Shown here piece by piece: positions 1 through 7,544 of a stretch of DNA of 64,000 nt. Numbering within the stretch: the first letter of the stretch is position 1; each line of letters starts with the position of its first letter. The notes under the pieces are model-generated. The model was not told where the DNA came from, did no database searches, and was given only the letters and a program-made list of their open reading frames with translations. Source of the stretch: a virus (taxonomy: Duplodnaviria > Caudoviricetes); the IMG/VR virus record IMGVR_UViG_3300035180_001680. One strand, 5' to 3'. The position numbers were made by a program, and so were the translations under genes.

Positions 1-2
1 GA

Positions 3-866
3 GAAGTAGACGTAGAATTAGGTTATTCAGCGTCAGCTACTATTTCATTAAACGATGCAGCAGTACGTAGTTTATTCGGTATTTCAAGTGGTTCAATATC
101 ACTAGCAAATGGATATGGTAAATCACACAATCAAAGTGGTGTGATTAATATTACCATAGCTAGTAATATTAAGAATTATAATATCTTTACTAATAGAGGT
201 AGTAACTATATAGCTGGTAATTCCGTAATTACTTTAACAATCAATAGTGGTGTAGTGGTTGGATCTACTAGTAGAACTACCTATTCATTGGATACTGGTA
301 GTGGCTGGACCACTGGTGACACCATTTCTATTGTAAATAATGGATACATAGCTGGTGCTGGTGGTAATGGTGGTAGAGGTGGGTCGTCAAGCTTAGCTAC
401 TGGTGGTTCTGGTCTAGCCGGCGGACCTGGCATAAACCTCCAATGGCCTGTATCCATCACCAATGCTAATGGATATATTTATAGTGGCGGAGGAGGTGGT
501 GGAGGTGGTGGAGGCTCTAACTGTGGCGGTGGTGGAGGTGCTGGATCTATCGCTGGTGTAGGTGGACGTGGCTCCCATTACGGTGTTAATGGTGGTTTGG
601 TTAGCGGCGGTAGCTGCGGTACCGCCGGTGGCGCTACTGGTGGCGGAGTGCGTATAGGCCATGGCGGCGTGCTTGGACAAAATGGAGATAATGGGGGTGT
701 TTATGGGGGTGGGGGTGGTGGAGGTGGTGCTAGTGGTGGACATGGTGGTGGACATAGTGGTGGACATGGTGGAACTGGTGGAGGCCATGGCCTCGCTATC
801 CATACTAATGGTAAAGCAATTACTTGGGTATCTGGTAATACCCGAGTCTATGGTGGCATCACCTAA
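3..866 (+). CDS. 5'-truncated glycine-rich tail-fibre tip adhesin, T-even gp38-like polyglycine sandwich
   Basis: The frame is open from base 3 (EVDVELGYSASATISLNDAAVRSLFGISSGSISLANGYGKS), so the gene starts before the window. Gly-rich blocks (NNGYIAGAGGNGG, YSGGGGGGGG) and the C-terminus GGHGLAIHTNGKAITWVSGNTRVYGGIT follow the gp38 layout. Confidence 0.7.
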   Translation, partial: EVDVELGYSASATISLNDAAVRSLFGISSGSISLANGYGKSHNQSGVINITIASNIKNYNIFTNRGSNYIAGNSVITLTINSGVVVGSTSRTTYSLDTGSGWTTGDTISIVNNGYIAGAGGNGGRGGSSSLATGGSGLAGGPGINLQWPVSITNANGYIYSGGGGGGGGGGSNCGGGGGAGSIAGVGGRGSHYGVNGGLVSGGSCGTAGGATGGGVRIGHGGVLGQNGDNGGVYGGGGGGGGASGGHGGGHSGGHGGTGGGHGLAIHTNGKAITWVSGNTRVYGGIT

Positions 867-884
867 CTTTAATCTAAATTAATA

Positions 885-1679
885 ATGACCTATCTATTCC
901 TAGCGATTCCTAACTTTTGTGGCAGTACACTACTACATTCACTTCTAGAAACAGTACCACACATAACACCTTTAGTAAGTCCTGAGGAATTTAATGGTAA
1001 AAAGGATTTTGTTGAAGGAAATATCTGTGCACCAGGAGGTTATGTTAAATTAAACGGACCTCATTCAATTGAAGCGAATATGGAACATGTGTATTCTGAT
1101 CCAGCTAACTATAACTGGCCTTGGATTAAATCACGCTGGGAAGAGAATTGGGGAAATACAAACCCATATGCCACTATTAAAATGCAAAAGACACCAGCTG
1201 ATATATTTAGAATTAAATCTATGTTACCTCACTTTAATGATTTAAAATGGATACTATCAGTTCGAAATCCTTACCACTACGTAGAATCTATCTTCCGTAA
1301 AGCTACATTTCAAATGGATCCTATTCGACAATTAGATCAAATTTGTTACCACGTAACACGTACACTTGAGGTGCAAAGAGATAATATCGCACTCTTAGGT
1401 GATACTGCTTATGTGATGACTTATGAGGATTTTATTGCTAGACCGGAATACCATCGAGATCAAATGGCTCTATGGCTCCCTGAACTAAAGTATATTGATT
1501 TCTCATCAGAACTTTGGATAAAAGGACAAAAAGTCAAAGAGCTCAAAAATGATGCAGATGATAAGTTTAAGCGATTTATAGAATACTATCCAGATATCGT
1601 TAGTAGAATTAATGAGTTCTTTGAACCTAAGAAAGAAATCATTGAATATTGGGGCTATCAGTTATTATCGCCTAATTAA
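885..1679 (+). CDS. sulfotransferase-family (P-loop) protein
   Basis: 5'-PSB-like FLAIPNFCGSTLL, 3'-PB-like LSVRNPYHYVES and YEDF motif. Confidence 0.7.
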   Translation: MTYLFLAIPNFCGSTLLHSLLETVPHITPLVSPEEFNGKKDFVEGNICAPGGYVKLNGPHSIEANMEHVYSDPANYNWPWIKSRWEENWGNTNPYATIKMQKTPADIFRIKSMLPHFNDLKWILSVRNPYHYVESIFRKATFQMDPIRQLDQICYHVTRTLEVQRDNIALLGDTAYVMTYEDFIARPEYHRDQMALWLPELKYIDFSSELWIKGQKVKELKNDADDKFKRFIEYYPDIVSRINEFFEPKKEIIEYWGYQLLSPN

Positions 1680-1736
1680 TGTAGAGAATATCAGATATAG
1701 TATGTAATAATTTCAATTAACACGATAGGACTAATT

Positions 1737-1886
1737 ATGGAAGATAATACAGATAGCACCACTGAAGAAGTAGTGAGTAAAAAAAGATGTAGTAAGAATG
1801 GCTTCTTTTTTAATCCTAGCGTTATAATTTTATGGTTTAGCTATTGGATTAGCCAGAAGATAGTTGCCATTGCAAAGCAATTTTAA
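1737..1886 (+). CDS. possible 49-aa small protein with hydrophobic C-terminal half
   Basis: AGGA upstream of ATG 1737; MEDNTDSTTEEVVSKKRCSKNGFFFNPSVIILWFSYWISQKIVAIAKQF; below the ORF-track cutoff. Confidence 0.35.
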   Translation: MEDNTDSTTEEVVSKKRCSKNGFFFNPSVIILWFSYWISQKIVAIAKQF

Positions 1887-1953
1887 AATTATTTTGCAAT
1901 GGTTGTAAACTTTCTTTTGGAAAGATACTGAGACGTAGTCTAAAGTTGGTCAA

Positions 1954-2178
1954 ATGTTTGGATGGTACATAAATACGAAAACAATGGAAAAGAAAAAATT
2001 TAGAAAAGATCAAGTTCCTTGTGAATGGATTTCTGTACACAGCCACAATGAAAGTAAAATGGTAAACTCAAGACGGTGGTACAATGATGGTGAACGAAAT
2101 TATTATATATTGTCGTCTGATTCAAGAGTGCATCAAATGTGTTTAGTGAAAGGAAGATTGAAACAGCGTAAACTTTAG
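1954..2178 (+). pseudogene. C-terminal DNA-binding repeat remnant of a homing endonuclease
   Basis: Two W-x-N-(D/N)-G-type repeats (GWYINTKTMEKKKFRKDQVPCEW; RRWYNDGERNYYIL...LVKGR) with no nuclease domain upstream. Confidence 0.45.
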
Positions 2179-2185
2179 TCATTAA

Positions 2186-2442
2186 GGGTTTTGCGGACGC
2201 GGCTATCGTATGCCGCCGCCTCCACCAGGTGAAAAATGGTATTATTATTTTTATGGGGGCGACAGGATTCGACGTGGAATTATATAGGACGACTAGCGCT
2301 CGGCAAAGCAGAAGCCGTTAGTATTGAGGAGACTCAATTAAAGAAGCAAAGCATATAAATGCAAATGATTCATTCTACGGGGAAACTCGTTTAGCGGCTT
2401 GACCGTTAATGGGGTGCGAAACGCCTTATTACACAACGTTTC
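2186..2442 (+). ncRNA. ssrA: circularly permuted (two-piece) tmRNA
   Basis: The acceptor piece (T arm GCGGC/GCCGC, CGCCTCC-A-CCA ending 2227) precedes a 27-nt spacer and then the coding piece starting GGGGGCG-ACAGGATTCGAC at 2255. The acceptor stem has G3-U70; the tag ORF is at 2361-2402 and a terminator follows. Outer ends are approximate. Confidence 0.9.
2361..2402 (+). CDS. tmRNA proteolysis tag ANDSFYGETRLAA
   Basis: ATAAAT context before resume codon GCA; AND start, LAA end, TGA stop. Confidence 0.88.
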   Translation, partial: ANDSFYGETRLAA

Positions 2443-2470
2443 AAAAAGGGGGACTTCGGTCCCCTTTTTC
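2443..2470 (+). terminator. intrinsic terminator after tmRNA
   Basis: AAAAAGGGGGAC-TTCG-GTCCCCTTTTT hairpin with U tract. Confidence 0.85.
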
Positions 2471-2475
2471 TTTTC

Positions 2476-2505
2476 TTGACTTCTTTTGAAATTATCCTGT
2501 ATAAT
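2476..2505 (+). promoter_or_regulatory. sigma70-like promoter for the clpP-primase unit
   Basis: TTGACT-18 nt-TATAAT. Confidence 0.65.
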
Positions 2506-2538
2506 GAATACTTAATAACCACTCAAGGAATAAATAAG

Positions 2539-3231
2539 ATGAAAAAAATTATAAATCATTCAAGTAGAAATTCCGAACAAGATTTTGATGACCTCCCTTT
2601 ACAAAGCCCACCCGCATTCACGTTATACAGTCATACCCATCAAGCAACCGAATATTGGTTTTACATTAGTTCAACAATTAGAGAGCCTAGCGAATACACA
2701 GACATGATTCACACAATTCGTCATGCGGGAGCTGATGATATGGTGTTTATTTGTTTAAATACTCCGGGTGGAAGATTGGATACAGGCATTCAAATTGTCA
2801 ATGCTTTACGTTCATCAGATGCAACCATCGTAGCAGTATTAGAAGCTGAAGCATCGTCTATGGGAGCAATTATATTTCTTGCAGCAGACCAACATATTGT
2901 TCATGAAAACTGTCGAATGATGTTCCACGATTTTTCAGGTGGTGGTTCTTCAGGTGCAAAAGGGAACGAACAATTCAAAGAACTGACTGCTGCTATCCAA
3001 CTGTACAACAATCTTCTAAAGAATGTCTGTGTTCCTTTTTTAACTCCTGATGAAGTTAATCAAATTATTAAAGGTGAAGATTTTTGGATGGATTCTGATC
3101 AAATCAACAAACGTCTAAAAAATATAGCTAAAGCAAAAGAACTCGCAGATGCTCCTAAACCACCGAAGGTTAAGAAAACCAAGACAGTTGTGGAGTCAAA
3201 AGAAGCAGTTCTAGAAGCTACTACGGTATAG
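2539..3231 (+). CDS. clpP: ClpP-like serine protease
   Basis: LNTPGG, catalytic Ser in ASSMGA, His in MMFHD, Asp in EDFWM. Start moved to ATG 2539 after AAGGA. Confidence 0.85.
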   Translation: MKKIINHSSRNSEQDFDDLPLQSPPAFTLYSHTHQATEYWFYISSTIREPSEYTDMIHTIRHAGADDMVFICLNTPGGRLDTGIQIVNALRSSDATIVAVLEAEASSMGAIIFLAADQHIVHENCRMMFHDFSGGGSSGAKGNEQFKELTAAIQLYNNLLKNVCVPFLTPDEVNQIIKGEDFWMDSDQINKRLKNIAKAKELADAPKPPKVKKTKTVVESKEAVLEATTV

Positions 3232-3246
3232 GAATAGTTCTTCTCT

Positions 3247-4254
3247 ATGAACAGTGTTGAGAGTATAGTTAGGCAATATATCCCATTGCCCAGTAAAACC
3301 TCACCGAAAGGTTGGTATACTCTTCGCTGTCCCGTATGTAATGACCACAAATATAAAAAGCGTGGTGGGTGGAAGTTTGAAGATGTAAAAACTTCATACC
3401 ACTGCTTTAATTGTTCCATAGCAGCTACTTATGATGAAGAGACTGGGTTTTTATCTGATGATATGATAAAAGTTTTAGATTCATTTGGAGTTCCAGAAGA
3501 CGTTATAACAAAACTAAAGTTTGAGTTGTTTAAAAGGAAAAAGTTACAAAAAACTTCATCACCAACCAAAACAACATTTCAAGCAATTAACACGATACCT
3601 CTTCCAAAACATTTCTATAGAGTTATACAAGATGAGGATGATGTGTGGAGCCAAATTGCACAGGAATATCTTCTTACTCGTGGAATAGATATTGATGATT
3701 ATAAGTTTTATTTGTCCAAAGGTGGAACAAAATTGGAAAATATGTGGAAACACAGATTAATTATTCCAATATACAAAGACGACAGATTAGTTTTTTGGCA
3801 AGGCAGAGATTTAACAGATTCAATGAAAACAAAATATTTAAGTTCTGAAAGTGTATCAAAAGGTTCGGTAATTTACGGATTTGATCATTTGTTTTCGAAC
3901 ACCGAACAACCGTTATTTGTAGTAGAAGGGTTTTTTGATGCATTTCATATAGAAGGAGTTGCAGTATTTGGTAATGAAATGTCTACACATCAACTATCAC
4001 TTATAAATGCTTCTCCAAGAAAAAAAGTTGTAATTCCTGACAGGAAAGGTGACGGTGGATTGTTAGCACTTCAGGGAATTCAACATGGTTGGGGTGTTTG
4101 TGTTCTTCCTTTCGATGATTGTAAAGATGTTAACGATGCAATCGTAAAATATGGAAAGTTATTTGTAATGAAGACGTTAATGGAAAATGTTGTATATGGG
4201 TTTGAAGCAGAACTACGTGTGAGTTTGTTATGCGAAAGAAGTAAAAGGAAATGA
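3247..4254 (+). CDS. DNA primase (gp61-like)
   Basis: Zn finger CPVC...HCFNC; TOPRIM motifs VVEGFFDA, IPDRKGDG and KDVND. Confidence 0.9.
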   Translation: MNSVESIVRQYIPLPSKTSPKGWYTLRCPVCNDHKYKKRGGWKFEDVKTSYHCFNCSIAATYDEETGFLSDDMIKVLDSFGVPEDVITKLKFELFKRKKLQKTSSPTKTTFQAINTIPLPKHFYRVIQDEDDVWSQIAQEYLLTRGIDIDDYKFYLSKGGTKLENMWKHRLIIPIYKDDRLVFWQGRDLTDSMKTKYLSSESVSKGSVIYGFDHLFSNTEQPLFVVEGFFDAFHIEGVAVFGNEMSTHQLSLINASPRKKVVIPDRKGDGGLLALQGIQHGWGVCVLPFDDCKDVNDAIVKYGKLFVMKTLMENVVYGFEAELRVSLLCERSKRK

Positions 4255-4436
4255 TTACAGAAGATGAAAAAGCACACATGGATGAAGTGCTCAAACAAAT
4301 ACTCGACCGAATTCAAACGAAAGAGTATCAAGACATGGTCCGTGAACGAATTAAAAAAGAAAACGAAGAGTTTGAAAAGTGGGAAAAGATGCACAAACCC
4401 ACTTGGGAAGACATGCATAAAACATACGATATCTAA
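4251..4436 (+). CDS. hypothetical 61-aa charged protein
   Basis: ATGA overlap with the primase stop. Confidence 0.6.
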   Translation: MITEDEKAHMDEVLKQILDRIQTKEYQDMVRERIKKENEEFEKWEKMHKPTWEDMHKTYDI

Positions 4437-4447
4437 GGTAAAAATAA

Positions 4448-4631
4448 TTAAGACAACGAACTGAAGTTTAAAAGGTTTTGGATATAACAGATATCTTCAT
4501 CTGTTAAATTCAGACACTCGCTGTGTCCTCCAAAACGTTTTTTGAGTTTATATTGTTTACCGTTGAAGGTTTTTAATATTTCCTGTTTTTTACGAAGGCT
4601 TTATAAATTCTTCATGAGTTAAACGTTTCAT
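4448..4631 (-). pseudogene. internally deleted homing-endonuclease remnant
   Basis: MKRLTHEEFIK (typical endonuclease N-terminus) is joined out of frame to KKQEILKTFNGKQYKLKKRFGGHSECL...LS-stop (GIY-YIG/T5orf172-type C-terminus). Confidence 0.65.
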
Positions 4632-4660
4632 TTGATTTTTATTCTAATATATGATATAAT
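4632..4660 (+). promoter_or_regulatory. sigma70-like promoter for the topoisomerase operon
   Basis: TTGATT-17 nt-TATAAT with extended -10 TGn. Confidence 0.7.
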
Positions 4661-4690
4661 TATCATACTATGATTGTAACAGAAAAGTAA

Positions 4691-6577
4691 ATGGAAAAAA
4701 ATAAAACATATACCGAAAAAGATATTGTTGTACTCTCTGACAGAGAGCACGTAAGAATGAGATTACCAATCTATTTTGGTTCTATAGTTCCAACTACAGT
4801 TAGAATTCCAATTTTTGCAGAATCTCTCGTGTTAAGCGAATTTACCTTTATTCCTGCTGCATATAAGGCAGTTGGAGAAATTATAGATAATTGTATAGAT
4901 GAGTTTTCTCATTTGTTAATTAAAAATAAAGAATTGACTATCGTATCTGATACCAAAAACGGTTATTATAGTATAAAAGATAATGGGAGAGGTGTGCCAA
5001 TTGGAAAAATGGAAACTGGGCAACACACACCAGAAGTTGTGTTTGGGTCTTTGAGGTCTGGAAGAAATTTTAAGGATGAAAAAGTTACAGGAGTTATAGG
5101 ACAAAACGGGATTGGAGCCGCAGCGACAGCATATACTTCGACGTTATTTAAAATTGAAATCGTTCGTGATGGAAAAGAATATATTCAAGAATTTAGTAAT
5201 GGTGTTGAAATTATTCATCCCCCCACGATTAAAAAAACAAACAAACGAGAGACGGGAACAACGATTTCATTCAGTCTTGATCCAGAAGTGTATAAAGACG
5301 TCGAACTGCCTTCAGAGGTAATGCGAAATAGAGCGATTGAGGTGGCCTTCAATAATCCCAATACAACAGTTTTTTACAACAACGAAAAGTTTAATTTTAA
5401 AAATGGACTAGAGGATATTGTTAAGAAAATATCTAATGAATATTTCAGATTTGGGATAGAGGGATTTGAATTTTTTGTTATTCTGGATCAATATAAAGGA
5501 CAAGATGAACAAGTGTTTACTTGGGTTAATAGTTCTTTGTTGTATGATGGGGGAATGTGTAATACACAATTCGTAAATGCTTTTGTTGACGCAACAGTTG
5601 AACATTTACGAAAAGACGCAAAGAAGTTGGGTGCTGAAGTCACAAAGAATGACATTCGTCAAAATCTCCTGGTGTTAGGTTCTTTGAAAATTTCGGACCC
5701 AGTGTATGACAGTCAAAGCAAAACTCGTCTGATTGGACCAAATCTTCGTAAAGAATTGGACAATTTAATTTCAAGTGGGTGGTCTTTATTTTCAAAAAGA
5801 AATAAAGAGTGGTTATCTCTAGTTCTTGAGCGTGCCAATGAACGTCATCATACGAATGCGAACAAGAAAGCAAGCGAAGAATTTAAAAAGACGCTCAAGA
5901 AGAAAGTTCCAGGCTTGTTGGATGCTGTTGGACGTGAAAGAATGAAATGTAAATTGTTTATTACAGAAGGTCTATCAGCAGCGAGTAGTTTAGTGGAAGT
6001 GAGAGATCCTGGAACAATCGGAAGTTTTCCACTTGGTGGAAAGATTAACAACGTTTATGGTTCAACAGTTGCTCAAGTTTTACAAATGGGAAAATTGAAA
6101 GATTTGTTGGCTGCAATTGGATTGGTCCCAGGACAAAAAGTTTACAAACAAGAACTTCGATTTGGTAAAGGTGTTGTAATTGCGACTGACGCAGACCCGG
6201 ATGGTTCTGACATTATCACAACTCTCGTTTGTTTGTTTTATGAATTTTGGCCGGAGTTATTTGATCCAAAACAACCACCATATTTTTATAGATTGATTGC
6301 TCCTAACGTTTGTGCTGTTAAAGGAAACAAGCGAGTTCATTTTACAACTAAAAAAGATTACGAAAAACAAAGAGATAAGTATAAAGGTTGGACAATTAGT
6401 TACTTTAAAGGTTTAGGATCAATGGAAAAAGAAGATTGGGAGATGATAATAAACGATGAACGTTTTTATCTTCCAATTATAGGAGATTCAAATATGAAAG
6501 ATGTAATGAAATTATTATTCAGTGAAGATTCCCAAGCGAGAAAAGACTGGTTATCCACCAAAACAGAGGATATTTAA
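4691..6577 (+). CDS. type II DNA topoisomerase large subunit (gp39+gp60/GyrB-like)
   Basis: GHKL motifs EIIDNCIDE, DNGRGVP, GQNGIG; TOPRIM motifs TEGLSA, PLGGK, TDADPDG, YFKGLG. Confidence 0.95.
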   Translation: MEKNKTYTEKDIVVLSDREHVRMRLPIYFGSIVPTTVRIPIFAESLVLSEFTFIPAAYKAVGEIIDNCIDEFSHLLIKNKELTIVSDTKNGYYSIKDNGRGVPIGKMETGQHTPEVVFGSLRSGRNFKDEKVTGVIGQNGIGAAATAYTSTLFKIEIVRDGKEYIQEFSNGVEIIHPPTIKKTNKRETGTTISFSLDPEVYKDVELPSEVMRNRAIEVAFNNPNTTVFYNNEKFNFKNGLEDIVKKISNEYFRFGIEGFEFFVILDQYKGQDEQVFTWVNSSLLYDGGMCNTQFVNAFVDATVEHLRKDAKKLGAEVTKNDIRQNLLVLGSLKISDPVYDSQSKTRLIGPNLRKELDNLISSGWSLFSKRNKEWLSLVLERANERHHTNANKKASEEFKKTLKKKVPGLLDAVGRERMKCKLFITEGLSAASSLVEVRDPGTIGSFPLGGKINNVYGSTVAQVLQMGKLKDLLAAIGLVPGQKVYKQELRFGKGVVIATDADPDGSDIITTLVCLFYEFWPELFDPKQPPYFYRLIAPNVCAVKGNKRVHFTTKKDYEKQRDKYKGWTISYFKGLGSMEKEDWEMIINDERFYLPIIGDSNMKDVMKLLFSEDSQARKDWLSTKTEDI

Positions 6578-6578
6578 A

Positions 6579-6773
6579 ATGAGTGAACCATCGAAATCAG
6601 AATTACTTAAAGAACGGGCGTCTCAAATCGCTCAATCGTTTGAACAGATTAAAAAAAATCCTTTGAATTTAAATTTGGTGATGGCTCACATCGGCGTATT
6701 GTCGTTGACTTTAGATGAATTATTGAGAGATTATTCGTTAATGATTGAGAATACGGAAAATGAAAAAATTTGA
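6579..6773 (+). CDS. hypothetical protein
   Basis: ATG 6579 two bases after the topoisomerase stop, preceded by GAGGA. Confidence 0.6.
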   Translation: MSEPSKSELLKERASQIAQSFEQIKKNPLNLNLVMAHIGVLSLTLDELLRDYSLMIENTENEKI

Positions 6774-7404
6774 ACCACGGACTCATTTACTTGGGCAGTT
6801 AACTAAACAGGACGACACACTCCCGTTTAGTCCTATGGTTAAGAATATAAATCCATACAAAAACCATGAGTCTTTCATTAAGAATACAGAAATAAATCTT
6901 GATGAAGTGGACCCGCGCAAATTAAAATTTTGGAGTGATCCTCACTTCGGACATCAAAACATCATCAAGTATTGTGATCGTCCATTTAACACGGTTGCTG
7001 AAATGGATGTTCGTATGATTAATAATTACGTGAATGGTGTCAAGGAAGACGATATTGTTATTTGGGTTGGTGATGTTGCTATGAGAAACCCAACACGTAT
7101 CAACGATGATATATTATCATCGCTTCCAGGGTATAAAATCTTAATTATGGGAAACCACGATTTTGATTACCACAGCAAAATCCCAATTCGATACAATTTT
7201 GATGAAATCCATCTCATCAAGACTGTAAGAAATTTTGCAATATCTCACCACCCTTGGTGGGATATCCCTACTGGTTGGTTTCAGATTCATGGACACATTC
7301 ATAACAAAAAAACAGAAAACCCGAGACACATTAACGTGAGTGTGGAACATTTAAATTACACTCCAAAATCTTTCCAAGATATTTTAGACGAGAAGGGACT
7401 ATGA
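6760..7404 (+). CDS. calcineurin-like metallophosphoesterase
   Basis: SDPHFGH, VGDV, GNHD and HGHIH motifs. Confidence 0.9.
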   Translation: MKKFEPRTHLLGQLTKQDDTLPFSPMVKNINPYKNHESFIKNTEINLDEVDPRKLKFWSDPHFGHQNIIKYCDRPFNTVAEMDVRMINNYVNGVKEDDIVIWVGDVAMRNPTRINDDILSSLPGYKILIMGNHDFDYHSKIPIRYNFDEIHLIKTVRNFAISHHPWWDIPTGWFQIHGHIHNKKTENPRHINVSVEHLNYTPKSFQDILDEKGL

Positions 7405-7544
7405 AATCACAACTTATGTTAATACTATTGTCTTTGATAGGGATGATAGTAGTATTCCTTGCCTTTGCTGGTTGTAATCCTTTTGCATGTATGCTTATCG
7501 TTGGATCATTACCATATTTCAGTTACATGAGTACGTTATTATGA
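7401..7544 (+). CDS. 47-aa membrane microprotein
   Basis: MKSQLMLILLSLIGMIVVFLAFAGCNPFACMLIVGSLPYFSYMSTLL; ATGA overlaps with both neighbours. Confidence 0.7.
   Translation: MKSQLMLILLSLIGMIVVFLAFAGCNPFACMLIVGSLPYFSYMSTLL

Noticed and set aside
281-882. Antisense and alternative-frame ORFs over the Gly-rich gene
   Set aside because: They are by-products of GGT/GGC codon runs.
2199-2227. Independent tRNA or tRNA fragment (attachment site)
   Set aside because: It pairs exactly with the downstream GGGGGCG and is explained as the tmRNA acceptor piece; no anticodon arm or integrase is present.
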